Notes under the pieces: generated by a model
What the model was told of the DNA's origin: nothing
What the model saw: the letters and a program-made list of their open reading frames with translations, nothing else
Database searches by the model: none
Program-made: the position numbers and the translations under genes
Part shown: positions 17,620 through 27,734 of the stretch, piece by piece
Numbering within the stretch: position 1 is the stretch's first letter
Layout of the letters: each line of letters starts with the position of its first letter
Source of the DNA: Candidatus Fermentithermobacillaceae bacterium
GTDB taxonomy: Bacteria > Bacillota > Sulfobacillia > Fermentithermobacillales > Fermentithermobacillaceae
Assembly: GCA_012842105.1 (NCBI GenBank)
Contig: DUTL01000055.1
Location: forward strand, 1 to 41,198
Length of the DNA stretch: 41,198 nucleotides
Direction of reading: 5' to 3'

Positions 17620-20073
17620 ATGAGAGTACCGTGGACATGGCTCAATGAATATACGGACCTGCGGTGGGATCCTCAAGAGGCGGCGCATCGCTTGACCATG
17701 GCAGGAATAAACGTGGAGGGGCTTTCGTATGAGAAACTTGAGATCTCATCGGTTGTTTCGGCAAAAGTACTTGATGTAAAGCCTCATCCTCGAAAACCTG
17801 GCCAACAAATTGGCATTCTTGATGCAGGCACTGAGAAACTGCAGATAGTGAGCGGCGCTCCGGGCTTCAAGAAAGGAAATATCGCCTTGGTAGTCCGGCC
17901 TGGCGGCACGCTTCCCGGAGGAGTGAGAATTGAGCCCAGAGAACTCGATGGTGTAGTTTCACAGGGAATGGCTGTTTGCGCAAATGAACTGTTGACAGGC
18001 CAGCCCCCCAGGCCTCATGAAGATATCATCCTTCTGCCGCCAGGTACAGCCTTGGGTATACCTGCCCAGGAATTGTTTGAACTGGATGATTGGGTGATGG
18101 AACTTGAACTTACTGTCAACTACTCCCATTGCCTGGGGATTCTTGGAGTTGCCATGGAAGCTTCGGCACTGGCCAAAACGCCCCTTGTATTGCCTGAGGT
18201 GCTTGAAAAATGGAATTGGGCAGGGGCTTACGGGAGTTTGGAGCCGGAATCACACAATGATGGAGAACCGGAAATTCAGATAAACCTCCCCGATCCGGAA
18301 CTCTGCCCGAGGTATGTAGGAAAGCTCGTGGAAGATGTGAGGTTTGCCTATTCCCCGGTAAATATTGAGAGGCGCCTTTACCTGGCAGGCCAAAGGCCTC
18401 TTAACTTGATTGTTGATGCAACCAACTACGTCATGCTGGAAACGGGCCAGCCACTTCATGCATTTGATGCAGGCAAGATAAGCGGAAAAGCAATAGCCGT
18501 AAGATCTTCCAGGCCAGGCGAGGTTCTGGTTACCCTGGACGGTGAAGAGAGAGAGTTGCCCGAGAGGACTATTGTAATTGCAGATGCATCAGGGCCGGTT
18601 GCCGTTGCAGGGATAATGGGAGGCAAGGCTACGGAGATTACCGGGGCTACGAGGAAGGTGCTTGTTGAATCTGCATATTTTGAGCCTCTCCTGGTGAGGC
18701 TTGCATCTCAGAAACTCAAATTGAGGACTGAGGCTGCGCTCAGGTTTGAAAAGGGTGTTGACCCCACTGCTCAGGCAGCAGCGGCAGAAAGGGCGGCAGC
18801 CCTTATAGCCGGCCTGTCAGGAGGGATGCCGGTTTCCGGGTATGCTGAAACAAACCATCTTCAAATTGAGCCAAAACGGATTATGCTCCATATGAAGACT
18901 GTGGAAAGAGTACTGGGAACGAAGTTTTCGCCTGAAACCTGCCGTGAGATTCTTGAAGCGATTAACTTTCAAGTAGAGGAAGGCGGTACAACAGTGCCGG
19001 AAGGCACTTCAATCTTAGTCACGGTGCCTCCCAGGCGTGTGGACATACAAGCTGAAGTTGACCTTATCGAGGAAGTGGCAAGGCATTATGGATACGGTAA
19101 CCTGGGGATTGGAGACCTGTCCAGGGTTGTTCCAGGAGGCATAACAGATCCCCATAAGCTGTGTGTAGAGAAGATTCGCGATCTCCTGGTTTCACTCGGC
19201 GGAATGGAGTGTGTGACCAACTCGCTTGTGGGCCCTGGGGATTTGGCATGCCTAGGATGGAATTCAGGCGACCCCAGGGGGAACCCTGTGCGCCTGCGAA
19301 ACCCGTTGTCATCTCAGGAATCAGTGCTCCGGACCAGCCTAATACCCGGGCTCATGAAGGTGGCTTCAGCAAACATGAGGTCCGGCATTCCAGGGATGTT
19401 CATATGGGAAATAGGAAGGGTATTCTTTCCGTCAGCGGAACTGCCTATTGAGGCAGGCCAGATTGGGTTTGCTTCCTACGGTGTCCTGAAGCCCGAAACA
19501 TGGCTGGGCGGACCGGATGAATCCGGTTTCTACCGGATGAAAGGGGTTATATCCAGCCTCATGGATTTGCTTGGTGCCTTCAATATCGAATACTTGCCCA
19601 GGGCGGGCATGCCATTCCACCCGGGAAGATCTGCCAGAATCGTGGCCAACATGTCAACCATAGGCGAAATCGGCGAATTGCATCCGGTATGCCTGAAGCA
19701 TCTCGATATTCCGTTGCCTGTGACCGCATCATGGCTTTCTCTTGATGGGTTGATGTCAGCGGTAAAGCCACGGGACTACAAGGCTGTTTCCAGGTTCATG
19801 CCTGTGGAAAGGGATCTGGCAGTGATTGTGCCTGAGGGTGTTCCAGGCGGTGACGTAATTGATTCTATCCGGAAAACCGGCAAGCACCTTGTCTCGGTAA
19901 TTCTGTTCGACATATGGAGAAAGCCGCCTGTGCCGCCGGATCACAAGAGCCTGGCTATCAGGCTTGTGTATCAACCCCAGGACAGAACATTGACAGAAGA
20001 AGAACTGGCAGAAGACAGGCAGAGAATAATGAAGAGGCTGAAAGAAGATTACGATGCTGTATTGAGGGCCTGA
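17620..20073 (+). CDS. pheT: Phenylalanine--tRNA ligase beta subunit
   Basis: The 817-aa product begins MRVPWTWLNEY and contains tRNA-binding, B3/4, B5 and FDX-ACB regions. Confidence 0.95.
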   Translation: MRVPWTWLNEYTDLRWDPQEAAHRLTMAGINVEGLSYEKLEISSVVSAKVLDVKPHPRKPGQQIGILDAGTEKLQIVSGAPGFKKGNIALVVRPGGTLPGGVRIEPRELDGVVSQGMAVCANELLTGQPPRPHEDIILLPPGTALGIPAQELFELDDWVMELELTVNYSHCLGILGVAMEASALAKTPLVLPEVLEKWNWAGAYGSLEPESHNDGEPEIQINLPDPELCPRYVGKLVEDVRFAYSPVNIERRLYLAGQRPLNLIVDATNYVMLETGQPLHAFDAGKISGKAIAVRSSRPGEVLVTLDGEERELPERTIVIADASGPVAVAGIMGGKATEITGATRKVLVESAYFEPLLVRLASQKLKLRTEAALRFEKGVDPTAQAAAAERAAALIAGLSGGMPVSGYAETNHLQIEPKRIMLHMKTVERVLGTKFSPETCREILEAINFQVEEGGTTVPEGTSILVTVPPRRVDIQAEVDLIEEVARHYGYGNLGIGDLSRVVPGGITDPHKLCVEKIRDLLVSLGGMECVTNSLVGPGDLACLGWNSGDPRGNPVRLRNPLSSQESVLRTSLIPGLMKVASANMRSGIPGMFIWEIGRVFFPSAELPIEAGQIGFASYGVLKPETWLGGPDESGFYRMKGVISSLMDLLGAFNIEYLPRAGMPFHPGRSARIVANMSTIGEIGELHPVCLKHLDIPLPVTASWLSLDGLMSAVKPRDYKAVSRFMPVERDLAVIVPEGVPGGDVIDSIRKTGKHLVSVILFDIWRKPPVPPDHKSLAIRLVYQPQDRTLTEEELAEDRQRIMKRLKEDYDAVLRA

Positions 20074-20075
20074 TA

Positions 20076-21809
20076 ATGCACAAGTATGAGATTGCCCATG
20101 TTCTAAGGATAATTGCCGCCCTGCTGGCATTGAAGGGAGAAGCCGTATTCAAGGTGAGGGCTTATGAAAAAGCTGCTCACTCCATTGAGCATGGCGATTT
20201 TGACCTGGAACTGCTGGCGCGGGAAGGAAGGCTTACAGAAATTCCTGGAATCGGAAGAAACCTTGAGCCCAAAATAGATGAACTTATAACCACAGGGAGG
20301 TCAACTTTCCTTGAAAGCCTGGCTGAAGAAGTTCCCATGGGGCTTTTGGAAGTGGTGAAAGTACCCGGGATAGGCCCGAAGACTGCAAGAACCCTTTACG
20401 AGACGTTGGGGGTAACTGATTTGGACACCCTTGAAGATGCAGTGAGAGCCAATCTGATACGGACAGTGCCGCGCCTGGGTGCCAGGAGAGAAGCGCTTAT
20501 TGGGCAAGGGCTTGAGGAGATAATGAAGTACTCAGGCCGGGTAACCTTTGGCCTGGCACTGCCGGCGGCGAAATACATTCTTGGCATGTTTGCCGGGGGA
20601 GGTGTTTCCGGATCCATTGTGGGTGAAGTCAGGAGGTCACTGGAAACCGTATCCTCTGTAGAGATCCTGCTTGAGACAGAAAGCAATGCTCAACTCGTTG
20701 AGCAATCAACAGCAAAGGATATTGGTTACTTCAGCTCGGCAGATCTGTGGAACAAGGCTTGGAGCGATGAAGAACAGGCGTTTGTTCTCGCGTCGAACCT
20801 GGGGGTTCCCCTGAAGATTCATGTTGCCCGCGCCAGCCAATTTGCGTGGAAACAGCTTGTACTTACAGGGCCTTCGAGTTTTTCAGGCTGGTTGGAGCGG
20901 TTGGCTGAATCCAAGGGGTATGTTGTGGCCGAAGAAGGCCTCATGAAAGGGGGCAGAGCGGTTGCGGCAGCTTCAGAAGCGGATGTCTTCAAGGCGCTGA
21001 ATATCACCTTTATACCGCCGGAAGTCCGCCACAACACGGAATGCCGGCAAATGGCGCTGGCTAACCAGGCAATCGAGCCAGTGAAGCTTTCTGACATTAA
21101 GGGAGATCTCCACGTTCACACTACCTGGTCTGATGGGCTTGCAAGCATAGAGCAAATGGTAAAGAAGGCTGTCGAGCTCGGCTATTCCTATATAGCCATC
21201 ACTGATCACGCGACCAGAATAAAGATAATAGATGGACTGGATCCTGGCAGGATTGAAGCCCAAATCGAGGAAATAGAGAAGGTGTCCGTGAGATATCCGC
21301 AGATACGGATTCTATCCGGTGTGGAAGTGGATATCCTTAAAGACGGAAGCCTTGCGCTTCCAGATGATACGCTTGCCAAGCTGGATATTGTTGTTGCTTC
21401 AATCCATCAAGATATAGGAGGAGCCGGCCAAAGCGTTGTGAGCCGGCTGGCCAGGGCGGCGAGCAATCCTTATGTAGACATAATCGGCCACCCCACAGGA
21501 AGGCTTATAGGCCGCCGGCCGGGAAACTCAAAGGGTTTTCACGAATTGTTCAAGATAGCGGCTGCCAGCAACACCGTGCTTGAGATCAATGCATCCCCTG
21601 ACAGGCTGGATCTTTCAGATGAACTTGCCCGGGCGGCAGAGCCATTTGGCGTCCGGTTTGCAGTGTGTACAGATGCACACAGCGTCAGCGGGATGGATGA
21701 CATGGTTTTCGGAACCGCCGCATCAGCCAGGAGGGCAGGGCTTACGCCTGAATCAGTCATAAATGCCCAGCCCCTTGAAACCTGGTTTCCGGTCAAAGGT
21801 AACCGTTAG
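20076..21809 (+). CDS. polX: DNA polymerase/3'-5' exonuclease PolX (family X polymerase domain plus PHP domain)
   Basis: The N-terminus (AHVLRIIAALLALKGEAVFKVRAYEKAA) has helix-hairpin-helix motifs (IPGIGRN, VPGIGPKTA). The C-terminal PHP domain has GDLHVHTTWSDG, ITDHA and TDAH. The ATG at 20076 lies 2 nt after the pheT stop. The track extension back to 19914 overlaps pheT and is rejected. Confidence 0.85.
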   Translation: MHKYEIAHVLRIIAALLALKGEAVFKVRAYEKAAHSIEHGDFDLELLAREGRLTEIPGIGRNLEPKIDELITTGRSTFLESLAEEVPMGLLEVVKVPGIGPKTARTLYETLGVTDLDTLEDAVRANLIRTVPRLGARREALIGQGLEEIMKYSGRVTFGLALPAAKYILGMFAGGGVSGSIVGEVRRSLETVSSVEILLETESNAQLVEQSTAKDIGYFSSADLWNKAWSDEEQAFVLASNLGVPLKIHVARASQFAWKQLVLTGPSSFSGWLERLAESKGYVVAEEGLMKGGRAVAAASEADVFKALNITFIPPEVRHNTECRQMALANQAIEPVKLSDIKGDLHVHTTWSDGLASIEQMVKKAVELGYSYIAITDHATRIKIIDGLDPGRIEAQIEEIEKVSVRYPQIRILSGVEVDILKDGSLALPDDTLAKLDIVVASIHQDIGGAGQSVVSRLARAASNPYVDIIGHPTGRLIGRRPGNSKGFHELFKIAAASNTVLEINASPDRLDLSDELARAAEPFGVRFAVCTDAHSVSGMDDMVFGTAASARRAGLTPESVINAQPLETWFPVKGNR

Positions 21810-21971
21810 CCATACCAATCAAACGTTTCGGTGGATTGCCACCGGGTCAGAAACATGCCCGCCTCACATACAACTGCGTTGACATAGTTCCATATGCTTG
21901 TGTTCATAAATTACTAAACCGCCTCATACTTTACCTTGAGAATCCACTTGCAAGTAGAGGGGTGTCTTGGC

Positions 21972-22925
21972 TTGCCAGGCAATAAACATTTGAGCCGGCC
22001 GCTGTCTGGCTTCTTGTTCGTATCATTGGCTCTTTTGCTCGTGTTTGGGCTTGGAATGAAGGATCAGGTTCCCTCTGCGCTACGGTTTCACGAGACAGAT
22101 GAACCATTGATCCCTGCAACCCCGCCGGTAAAGCGCCATGATGTGTATGATCTCAAGGTGCGTCTCACAGAACTCGGCTTCTATACCGGGCCGGTAGACG
22201 AAACCTATGATGCTGAAACCGTAAAGGGAGTAAAGGCTTTCCAGAAAAGCTACTGGTTAGATCCTACCGGGGTAGTGGGTCAAACCACCTGGAAGGCTCT
22301 TTCTGTTGGAGTGTCAAGGCCCAGCCATGTTGGGTCAAAAGAGTTACCTGACGGAGAGATTCATCTTGAGGTAGATACAGAGAAAGCCGAGCTGAAAGTG
22401 TTGGCTGGCGACACTGTGTGGAAAACCTATCCTGTAGCTGTAGGTAAATGGGCGACTTTGACTCCCGTTGGCGAATGGAAAATAGTAGACAAGGGTTTCG
22501 AATCGGGAGGCGCATTTGGTACCAGGTGGATGGCCCTTGATGTTCCATGGGGAGGATACGGAATTCATGGGACGAACAGGCCTTGGTCCATTGGTTCCTA
22601 TGCAAGCCTTGGATGTGTGAGGATGTTCAATGAAGATATCGAAGAGTTGTTCGAACTTGTTTCGATAGGAACCAGGGTCAGGATTCTGGGATACCGGCCT
22701 TCCCTTGACTTTGGAAGGGCATTTGGCCCTGGAACCATAGGCCCGGAAGTGGTAAGGCTTCAAGAAGCGCTGCGTGAATTTGGATTTGATGCAGGCCCAA
22801 GCGACGGCAGGTATGGCCCACGGACTGAACTGGCCGTTCAGGAAATCAGGGATATTTTCGGTTTGGGAAGGCAAGGGTGGGCATCAATAGATGTCTTTGT
22901 GCTGCTGCAAGTCGAGGGACAGTAG
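21972..22925 (+). CDS. L,D-transpeptidase (YkuD domain) flanked by two peptidoglycan-binding (PG_binding_1-like) domains
   Basis: The catalytic motif HGTNRPWSIGSYASLGCVRM is present. PG-binding repeats occur at LTELGFYTGPVDETYD and LREFGFDAGPSDGRYG. The frame is open from 21936. GAGGGG lies about 9 nt before the TTG at 21972. Confidence 0.8.
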   Translation: MPGNKHLSRPLSGFLFVSLALLLVFGLGMKDQVPSALRFHETDEPLIPATPPVKRHDVYDLKVRLTELGFYTGPVDETYDAETVKGVKAFQKSYWLDPTGVVGQTTWKALSVGVSRPSHVGSKELPDGEIHLEVDTEKAELKVLAGDTVWKTYPVAVGKWATLTPVGEWKIVDKGFESGGAFGTRWMALDVPWGGYGIHGTNRPWSIGSYASLGCVRMFNEDIEELFELVSIGTRVRILGYRPSLDFGRAFGPGTIGPEVVRLQEALREFGFDAGPSDGRYGPRTELAVQEIRDIFGLGRQGWASIDVFVLLQVEGQ

Positions 22926-22936
22926 GGGGAGAAACT

Positions 22937-24061
22937 ATGAGAAGAGAAATTGCGGGCCTTGTATTGCTCATCACTTTACTGTTGTGCGGGTGCAAAGAGC
23001 GAACCTGGCCGCCATCCGAAGTTTCCCTTGGCGACATGAAGATTGTTGTATGGGACGTAAAGGAACCTCATCTTCCGGGTGCGCCTCCCTATTCAGAACT
23101 GTTGTCGCTTGTGGTGGAAAACTATGCTAACGAACATGGAGCCATAGTGGAAGTTGAGTTTAAGTCAAGGCAAGAGATTGAGAATCTGCTCTTAGGGAAT
23201 CACCAGGGTGAAGTTCCATCAGTTGTGTTCTCTACAGAGTGGCCCTTTATGGGAGAAGGCACACAAGACCTCACCGCAATGATCAAGGCAGGTGACTACC
23301 TTGAAGATGCCCTATCCTTTTGGGTTTACGATGGCAAGTTGATGGGTATCCCTTCATATATTCATTGGCTGTGCCTGGCCAAAAGGGCCGCTTCAGACGA
23401 TTCTCCAGGCGCGGCAGGCTACTTCTTGACTGCTCCCGGATTCTTGCATTCGGCGCTGGATTACGGATGCATGGATTGGGCTGAGCAAGACATATGTGAC
23501 TATGTGGAGTGGGTGAAAGATACCTACGGGCTTTACTCAGAACCCGTTCTGGATTTATGGGAACGAAACCAGATAAGCACCCTGTATCCTGTTACCCCTC
23601 ATTTGTTCAGGTGGTTAAGACTGTCTGAGAAAGACTGTGAAATAGAGATGTTGCCCATGGATACCCCACAAGGAGAGGCTAGGTTCTACTTTTCCGTACC
23701 GGGATATGTCATCCTGGCCGGAAGCCAGGAAGAGGTGGAATGCGCAGTGGAGCTTGCAAAACTTCTTGCCGCCAGCAAGGGAAGGTGGGCAGCCCGGGCA
23801 GTTGGCTGTATACCTGCCCATGTACACGATGTGCCTGTCTTTGACCTGGAAAGCGGTTTCACTCGTGAAGAACGGGTTAACCTCGTGGCCGGTTTGCGTG
23901 ATTCCGGCGCCTGTGTTGTCGACTGGGTGGAGTTTGGCAGCAGAAGCAATATTCGGTTGGCTGTTACCCCGGCAATCGAGAGGTACTTATCAGGATCAAC
24001 CGGCCGCCGGGAGTTTGAGGAAAGCATTCGCTCTGCCCTGAAAGGCCATACTAGTCAATAG
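22937..24061 (+). CDS. Lipoprotein with a type-1 solute-binding-protein-like layout and no adjacent permease genes
   Basis: It has a lipobox (LLLCGC) after a signal peptide. KIVVWDV..., a conserved-looking YDGKLMGIPSY segment and the overall length resemble SBP_bac_1 proteins. GGGGGAG lies upstream of the ATG at 22937. Confidence 0.55.
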   Translation: MRREIAGLVLLITLLLCGCKERTWPPSEVSLGDMKIVVWDVKEPHLPGAPPYSELLSLVVENYANEHGAIVEVEFKSRQEIENLLLGNHQGEVPSVVFSTEWPFMGEGTQDLTAMIKAGDYLEDALSFWVYDGKLMGIPSYIHWLCLAKRAASDDSPGAAGYFLTAPGFLHSALDYGCMDWAEQDICDYVEWVKDTYGLYSEPVLDLWERNQISTLYPVTPHLFRWLRLSEKDCEIEMLPMDTPQGEARFYFSVPGYVILAGSQEEVECAVELAKLLAASKGRWAARAVGCIPAHVHDVPVFDLESGFTREERVNLVAGLRDSGACVVDWVEFGSRSNIRLAVTPAIERYLSGSTGRREFEESIRSALKGHTSQ

Positions 24062-24096
24062 ATCACATCAAGAAACCGTTATGAGAGGCAACTCAG

Positions 24097-24729
24097 GTGA
24101 TGGGGGTAGATAGTTTGCCGGATCTTGCCGTTTTGAAGCTGGTTATCTTCCGGTCTGTGGCAATGTTTTTCATCACTTTGGTTGCAGTGCGGGCAATGGG
24201 CAAGAGATCCGTAGCTCAACTTGCCCCTTTTGACTTAACGGTTATTATCATCATTGGCTCGGCGGCAGCTTTGCCTTTGGAAGAAGAGAGCATCAGCCTG
24301 TGGAACGGAATTGTACCCATTCTGATTCTGTCGTTTCTTCAGTACTTGCTGAGCGTCATTAATCTGCACTGGAGGGGCGCTGAAAAAGTAACCCAGGGGA
24401 TGTCAACTCCCCTTGTAGTAAATGGACAGATCATGCATGATAACCGGAAGATGGAAAGGGTATCTCTTTCAGATCTCCACATAGTGCTGCGTGAAAAGGG
24501 AGTGGACCGTGTTGAAGACGTGGCCCTGGCTGTTCTTGAACCTACCGGCGAAGTATCAGTTATATTCAAAAAAGAAGCCCAGCCTGTAACTGTCAAGGAC
24601 ATGGAAATCAGCGACCTTTCAAGAATTAACGATATAATGGCACTGTCATCTGAACGTCTCAAAAGAAGATATCATGAAATAAGCGAACCGCTAAAAACAA
24701 GAAGTCCTTCCCGGTTGGCCCGGAAATAA
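24097..24729 (+). CDS. DUF421 (YetF-like) membrane protein
   Basis: The N-terminal TM region has the RAMGKRSVAQLAPFDLTVIIIIG motif, followed by a soluble C-terminal domain. Confidence 0.7.
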   Translation: MMGVDSLPDLAVLKLVIFRSVAMFFITLVAVRAMGKRSVAQLAPFDLTVIIIIGSAAALPLEEESISLWNGIVPILILSFLQYLLSVINLHWRGAEKVTQGMSTPLVVNGQIMHDNRKMERVSLSDLHIVLREKGVDRVEDVALAVLEPTGEVSVIFKKEAQPVTVKDMEISDLSRINDIMALSSERLKRRYHEISEPLKTRSPSRLARK

Positions 24730-24781
24730 GGCATAATTTCATTGAGGTAATGTAAACAAAAAGCGGGGGAGATGAATCAAT

Positions 24782-25366
24782 ATGGGTTTTGACAGTGAAT
24801 GGCTGCAAAGGGCCCTATCTTTCGATGAGTATCTTGAAAAAGCTACGATGAACGTGCCCACCATGAAAGAAAACTATGCAGAAGCCAGGGTAAGCGATGA
24901 AGCTCACCTTTACTTTGCCTGGTTATCGTCGGAGTTGGCTCCGGGTTCCATAAGAGTTCTGGCTATTTCCGAATCCTGGTGCGGAGACTGCATAGAAAAT
25001 CTGCCCGTTGTGGCTAAACTGGCTTCATCGTACCCAATCTTGCATTTGCTTGTGTTTTCAAGAGACGACAATTTAGATATCATGGACAGGTACCTTACCG
25101 GCGGAAGGAGAACCATTCCGGTATTTGTGTTCTTTGACGAAACAGGCCGCGAGATCGGGCGTTTCATAGAAAGGCCCAAAGCTGCCACAGACTTTCTGGC
25201 CAAGGAAAGGGCCAGGCATGAAGAACTTCCTGAGCAGCAAAGAAAGAGGGCAGCTTACGGAGTTCGTACGAAGCTGCGCAAATTGTACAAGACAGGGTTT
25301 AGGGATGAGACCATAAAAGAAATTCGGAGGATTCTGGAAAACAGATATGGACCACAAAACTCTTGA
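24782..25366 (+). CDS. Thioredoxin-fold family protein (WCGDC motif)
   Basis: ISESWCGDCIENLPVV and a downstream RTIPVFVFF segment are typical of the thioredoxin fold. The gene overlaps the mutS2 start by 20 nt. Confidence 0.7.
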   Translation: MGFDSEWLQRALSFDEYLEKATMNVPTMKENYAEARVSDEAHLYFAWLSSELAPGSIRVLAISESWCGDCIENLPVVAKLASSYPILHLLVFSRDDNLDIMDRYLTGGRRTIPVFVFFDETGREIGRFIERPKAATDFLAKERARHEELPEQQRKRAAYGVRTKLRKLYKTGFRDETIKEIRRILENRYGPQNS

Positions 25367-27710
25367 GATTCTGGAATATGAGAAGATACAGGAAATGCTT
25401 GCCGGCCAGGCCGGCACACCCATGGGCAGAAAACTTGCCAGGAAAACGTTTCCTGTGGAAGTACCTGTTGCCATAGAACTCCAGAAAACAGGACGGGAGA
25501 TTGCCGAAGCCTTGCTGAGGGTTTCTTCGCCGCCTGTGGCTGAGGTCAAAGACGTTACAGGCAGAATATCCGGGGCAATGCAGGGAACTGTGCTGACGCC
25601 CCAAGAGCTGCGGGATGTACTCAACATGCTGGAAGCTTGTGATACCGTTTCAGCCTGGATCAACCGCCTCGATGCAAGGTTTAACAGCCTTCATGCAATA
25701 AGGTATAAACTGCCTCAGCAGTCTTTACTGAAGGACAAGCTTTCCAACACAGTTGATGAGCAAGGCGAAATCAAAGACGCAGCCAGCGCCAGGTTGCTTT
25801 CTATTAGGAAATCACGCAGGGAGTTTCAGGAAAAGCTCAGAAAACGAGCTGAGGAAATGACCCGCAGGCAGGGTATCTCCCAATACCTTCAGGAGCCCAT
25901 AGTGACTATTCGCAACGGAAGGTATGTGCTTCCTGTAAAACAGGAATACGCTTCGAGAATACAGGGCATTGTTCATGATCAATCAGCGTCAGGGCAGACT
26001 CTGTTCCTGGAACCGCCTGAGTTGCTCGAAATGGCAAACCAGCTAAAGCGCCTGGAACTCATGGAGCGTGACGAGATTGAAAGGATTCTGATTGAGGTGT
26101 CTGTATGGATTGGTGAAACAGGCGCAGAGCTTATTGAAGGAATTGAAGCTTTGGGAGAGTTTGATCTGGGCCTGGCTAAAGCAAGGCTTGCTCATAAGTG
26201 GAATGGGTGTTTTCCCACGTTGAAAGATGAGTTCTCGCTGTCCCTGGTCAGAGCATGGCATCCGCTTCTAAAGGGAAACCCTGTTCCCCTTGATATCTGC
26301 CTGAATGAGGCCGGCACAAGAACCATAGTCGTAACCGGGCCCAATATGGGGGGCAAAACAGTCTCGCTGAAAACCTGCGGGCTCCTTGTGGCAATGGCTC
26401 TTGCCGGAATGCCGTGCCCTTGTGATTCCCGGACTGAAATTGGGGATTTCAAGGAAATTCTCTGCGATATCGGAGATGAGCAGTCTATTGAAGAGGACTT
26501 GAGCACATTTTCGGCACATATCACTAACGTCAGGAACATATTGGCTTTATCAGGCAGGGGGAAACTGGTGTTAATCGATGAACTTGGCGCCGGCACCGAC
26601 CCAAGGGAAGGGGCTGCCCTGGCCCAGGCCATCCTGGAGAGAATCCACGGGTCAGGTGCATTATGCGTTGTCACAAGCCATTACGGCGAGCTTAAGATAA
26701 TGGCGCAGAAAACCAAGGGGATGACCAACGCCAGCATGGAATGGGACTCTGTGGAAATGGTGCCTACATTCAGGCTTATTGTAGGAAGGCCAGGGAGATC
26801 CAATGCCTTTCTGGTAGCTCGCAGGTTGGGTTTGGATGATGACGTGTTAACCCGCGCCCGCGAAAGCATACCGCAGGACGTGGTCAAACTGGAAGATGTC
26901 ATAGCTGAAATGGAGGCCGAATCACACAAGGCAAGGGAAAGCGCGGAAAACGCTGCCAGAGAAAGCGTCTTTCATGAGCAGTTACGAATTGAGTATCAGA
27001 ACAAGCTTGCTAGACTGGAGGCCCAACGAAAAGAGGCTATCAGGGATGCCAGGCGAGAAGCTCAATCTATCATAGCAAGAGCCAGGGTTGAATTTGAGAA
27101 GGCGCTGCGTGACATCAAGGAGAGCCAGCGCAAGAGTTCAGGAGAACTCCATGCAGATGCATCCCGGATCCGCAAAAGGCTTATTGGGATACAGGCTGAA
27201 CTGTCAGAAGGAGCAGAGGAGCAACCCCAGGGTGAACCTTTGGAGATTGAGGATGTGAAAACGGGCATGGAGGTTCAGGTGTCAGGTTTCTCAGAGTCAG
27301 GGACCGTGGTGGAGGCTTCCGGTTCAGATGATGTTGTTGTCCAAATAGGCGACTTTAAGCTCAGAACCAAAATTGGCCGGTTAAGCAAAGCGAAGCAGCA
27401 AGCAAAGGGCCGTACTGCGGCCCCGCAAATCAGCGGCTTAGCCGGTGAAAAGGCCCGTTCAGTTTCCCACGAGGTGGACTTGCGTGGCATGACAAGGGAA
27501 GAAGCGTTTGTGACACTGGATAAGTATATCGATGATGCTTTCCTTGCTTCCTTGCCCCAAATCAGGATTATCCACGGTAAGGGTACAGGCGCTTTACGCA
27601 AGGCCGTGGAAGAGTATCTTCGGTCCATGCAGAAATACGTCGCCGGTTACCGCATTGGCCAGCCATCTGAAGGCGGCACCGGCGTTACTGTAGCGAAACT
27701 AAAGAATTAG
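25347..27710 (+). CDS. mutS2: Endonuclease MutS2 (MutS domain plus C-terminal Smr domain)
   Basis: The 787-aa product has Walker A GPNMGGKT, DELGAGTDP and an Smr tail (VDLRGMTREEA...IIHGKGTGALR). Confidence 0.95.
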   Translation: MDHKTLEILEYEKIQEMLAGQAGTPMGRKLARKTFPVEVPVAIELQKTGREIAEALLRVSSPPVAEVKDVTGRISGAMQGTVLTPQELRDVLNMLEACDTVSAWINRLDARFNSLHAIRYKLPQQSLLKDKLSNTVDEQGEIKDAASARLLSIRKSRREFQEKLRKRAEEMTRRQGISQYLQEPIVTIRNGRYVLPVKQEYASRIQGIVHDQSASGQTLFLEPPELLEMANQLKRLELMERDEIERILIEVSVWIGETGAELIEGIEALGEFDLGLAKARLAHKWNGCFPTLKDEFSLSLVRAWHPLLKGNPVPLDICLNEAGTRTIVVTGPNMGGKTVSLKTCGLLVAMALAGMPCPCDSRTEIGDFKEILCDIGDEQSIEEDLSTFSAHITNVRNILALSGRGKLVLIDELGAGTDPREGAALAQAILERIHGSGALCVVTSHYGELKIMAQKTKGMTNASMEWDSVEMVPTFRLIVGRPGRSNAFLVARRLGLDDDVLTRARESIPQDVVKLEDVIAEMEAESHKARESAENAARESVFHEQLRIEYQNKLARLEAQRKEAIRDARREAQSIIARARVEFEKALRDIKESQRKSSGELHADASRIRKRLIGIQAELSEGAEEQPQGEPLEIEDVKTGMEVQVSGFSESGTVVEASGSDDVVVQIGDFKLRTKIGRLSKAKQQAKGRTAAPQISGLAGEKARSVSHEVDLRGMTREEAFVTLDKYIDDAFLASLPQIRIIHGKGTGALRKAVEEYLRSMQKYVAGYRIGQPSEGGTGVTVAKLKN

Positions 27711-27734
27711 GCCCGCGGTATGCAGGGCGGTGTC

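Noticed and set aside
19914-20075. N-terminal extension of the polX ORF overlapping the pheT 3' end.
   Set aside because: The canonical PolX N-terminus begins at the ATG at 20076, right after the pheT stop. The extension is an out-of-frame read of pheT.
21879-21911. TTGACA box upstream of the L,D-transpeptidase gene as a promoter.
   Set aside because: No acceptable -10 hexamer lies at 16-18 nt spacing. The best candidates need 19-21 nt.
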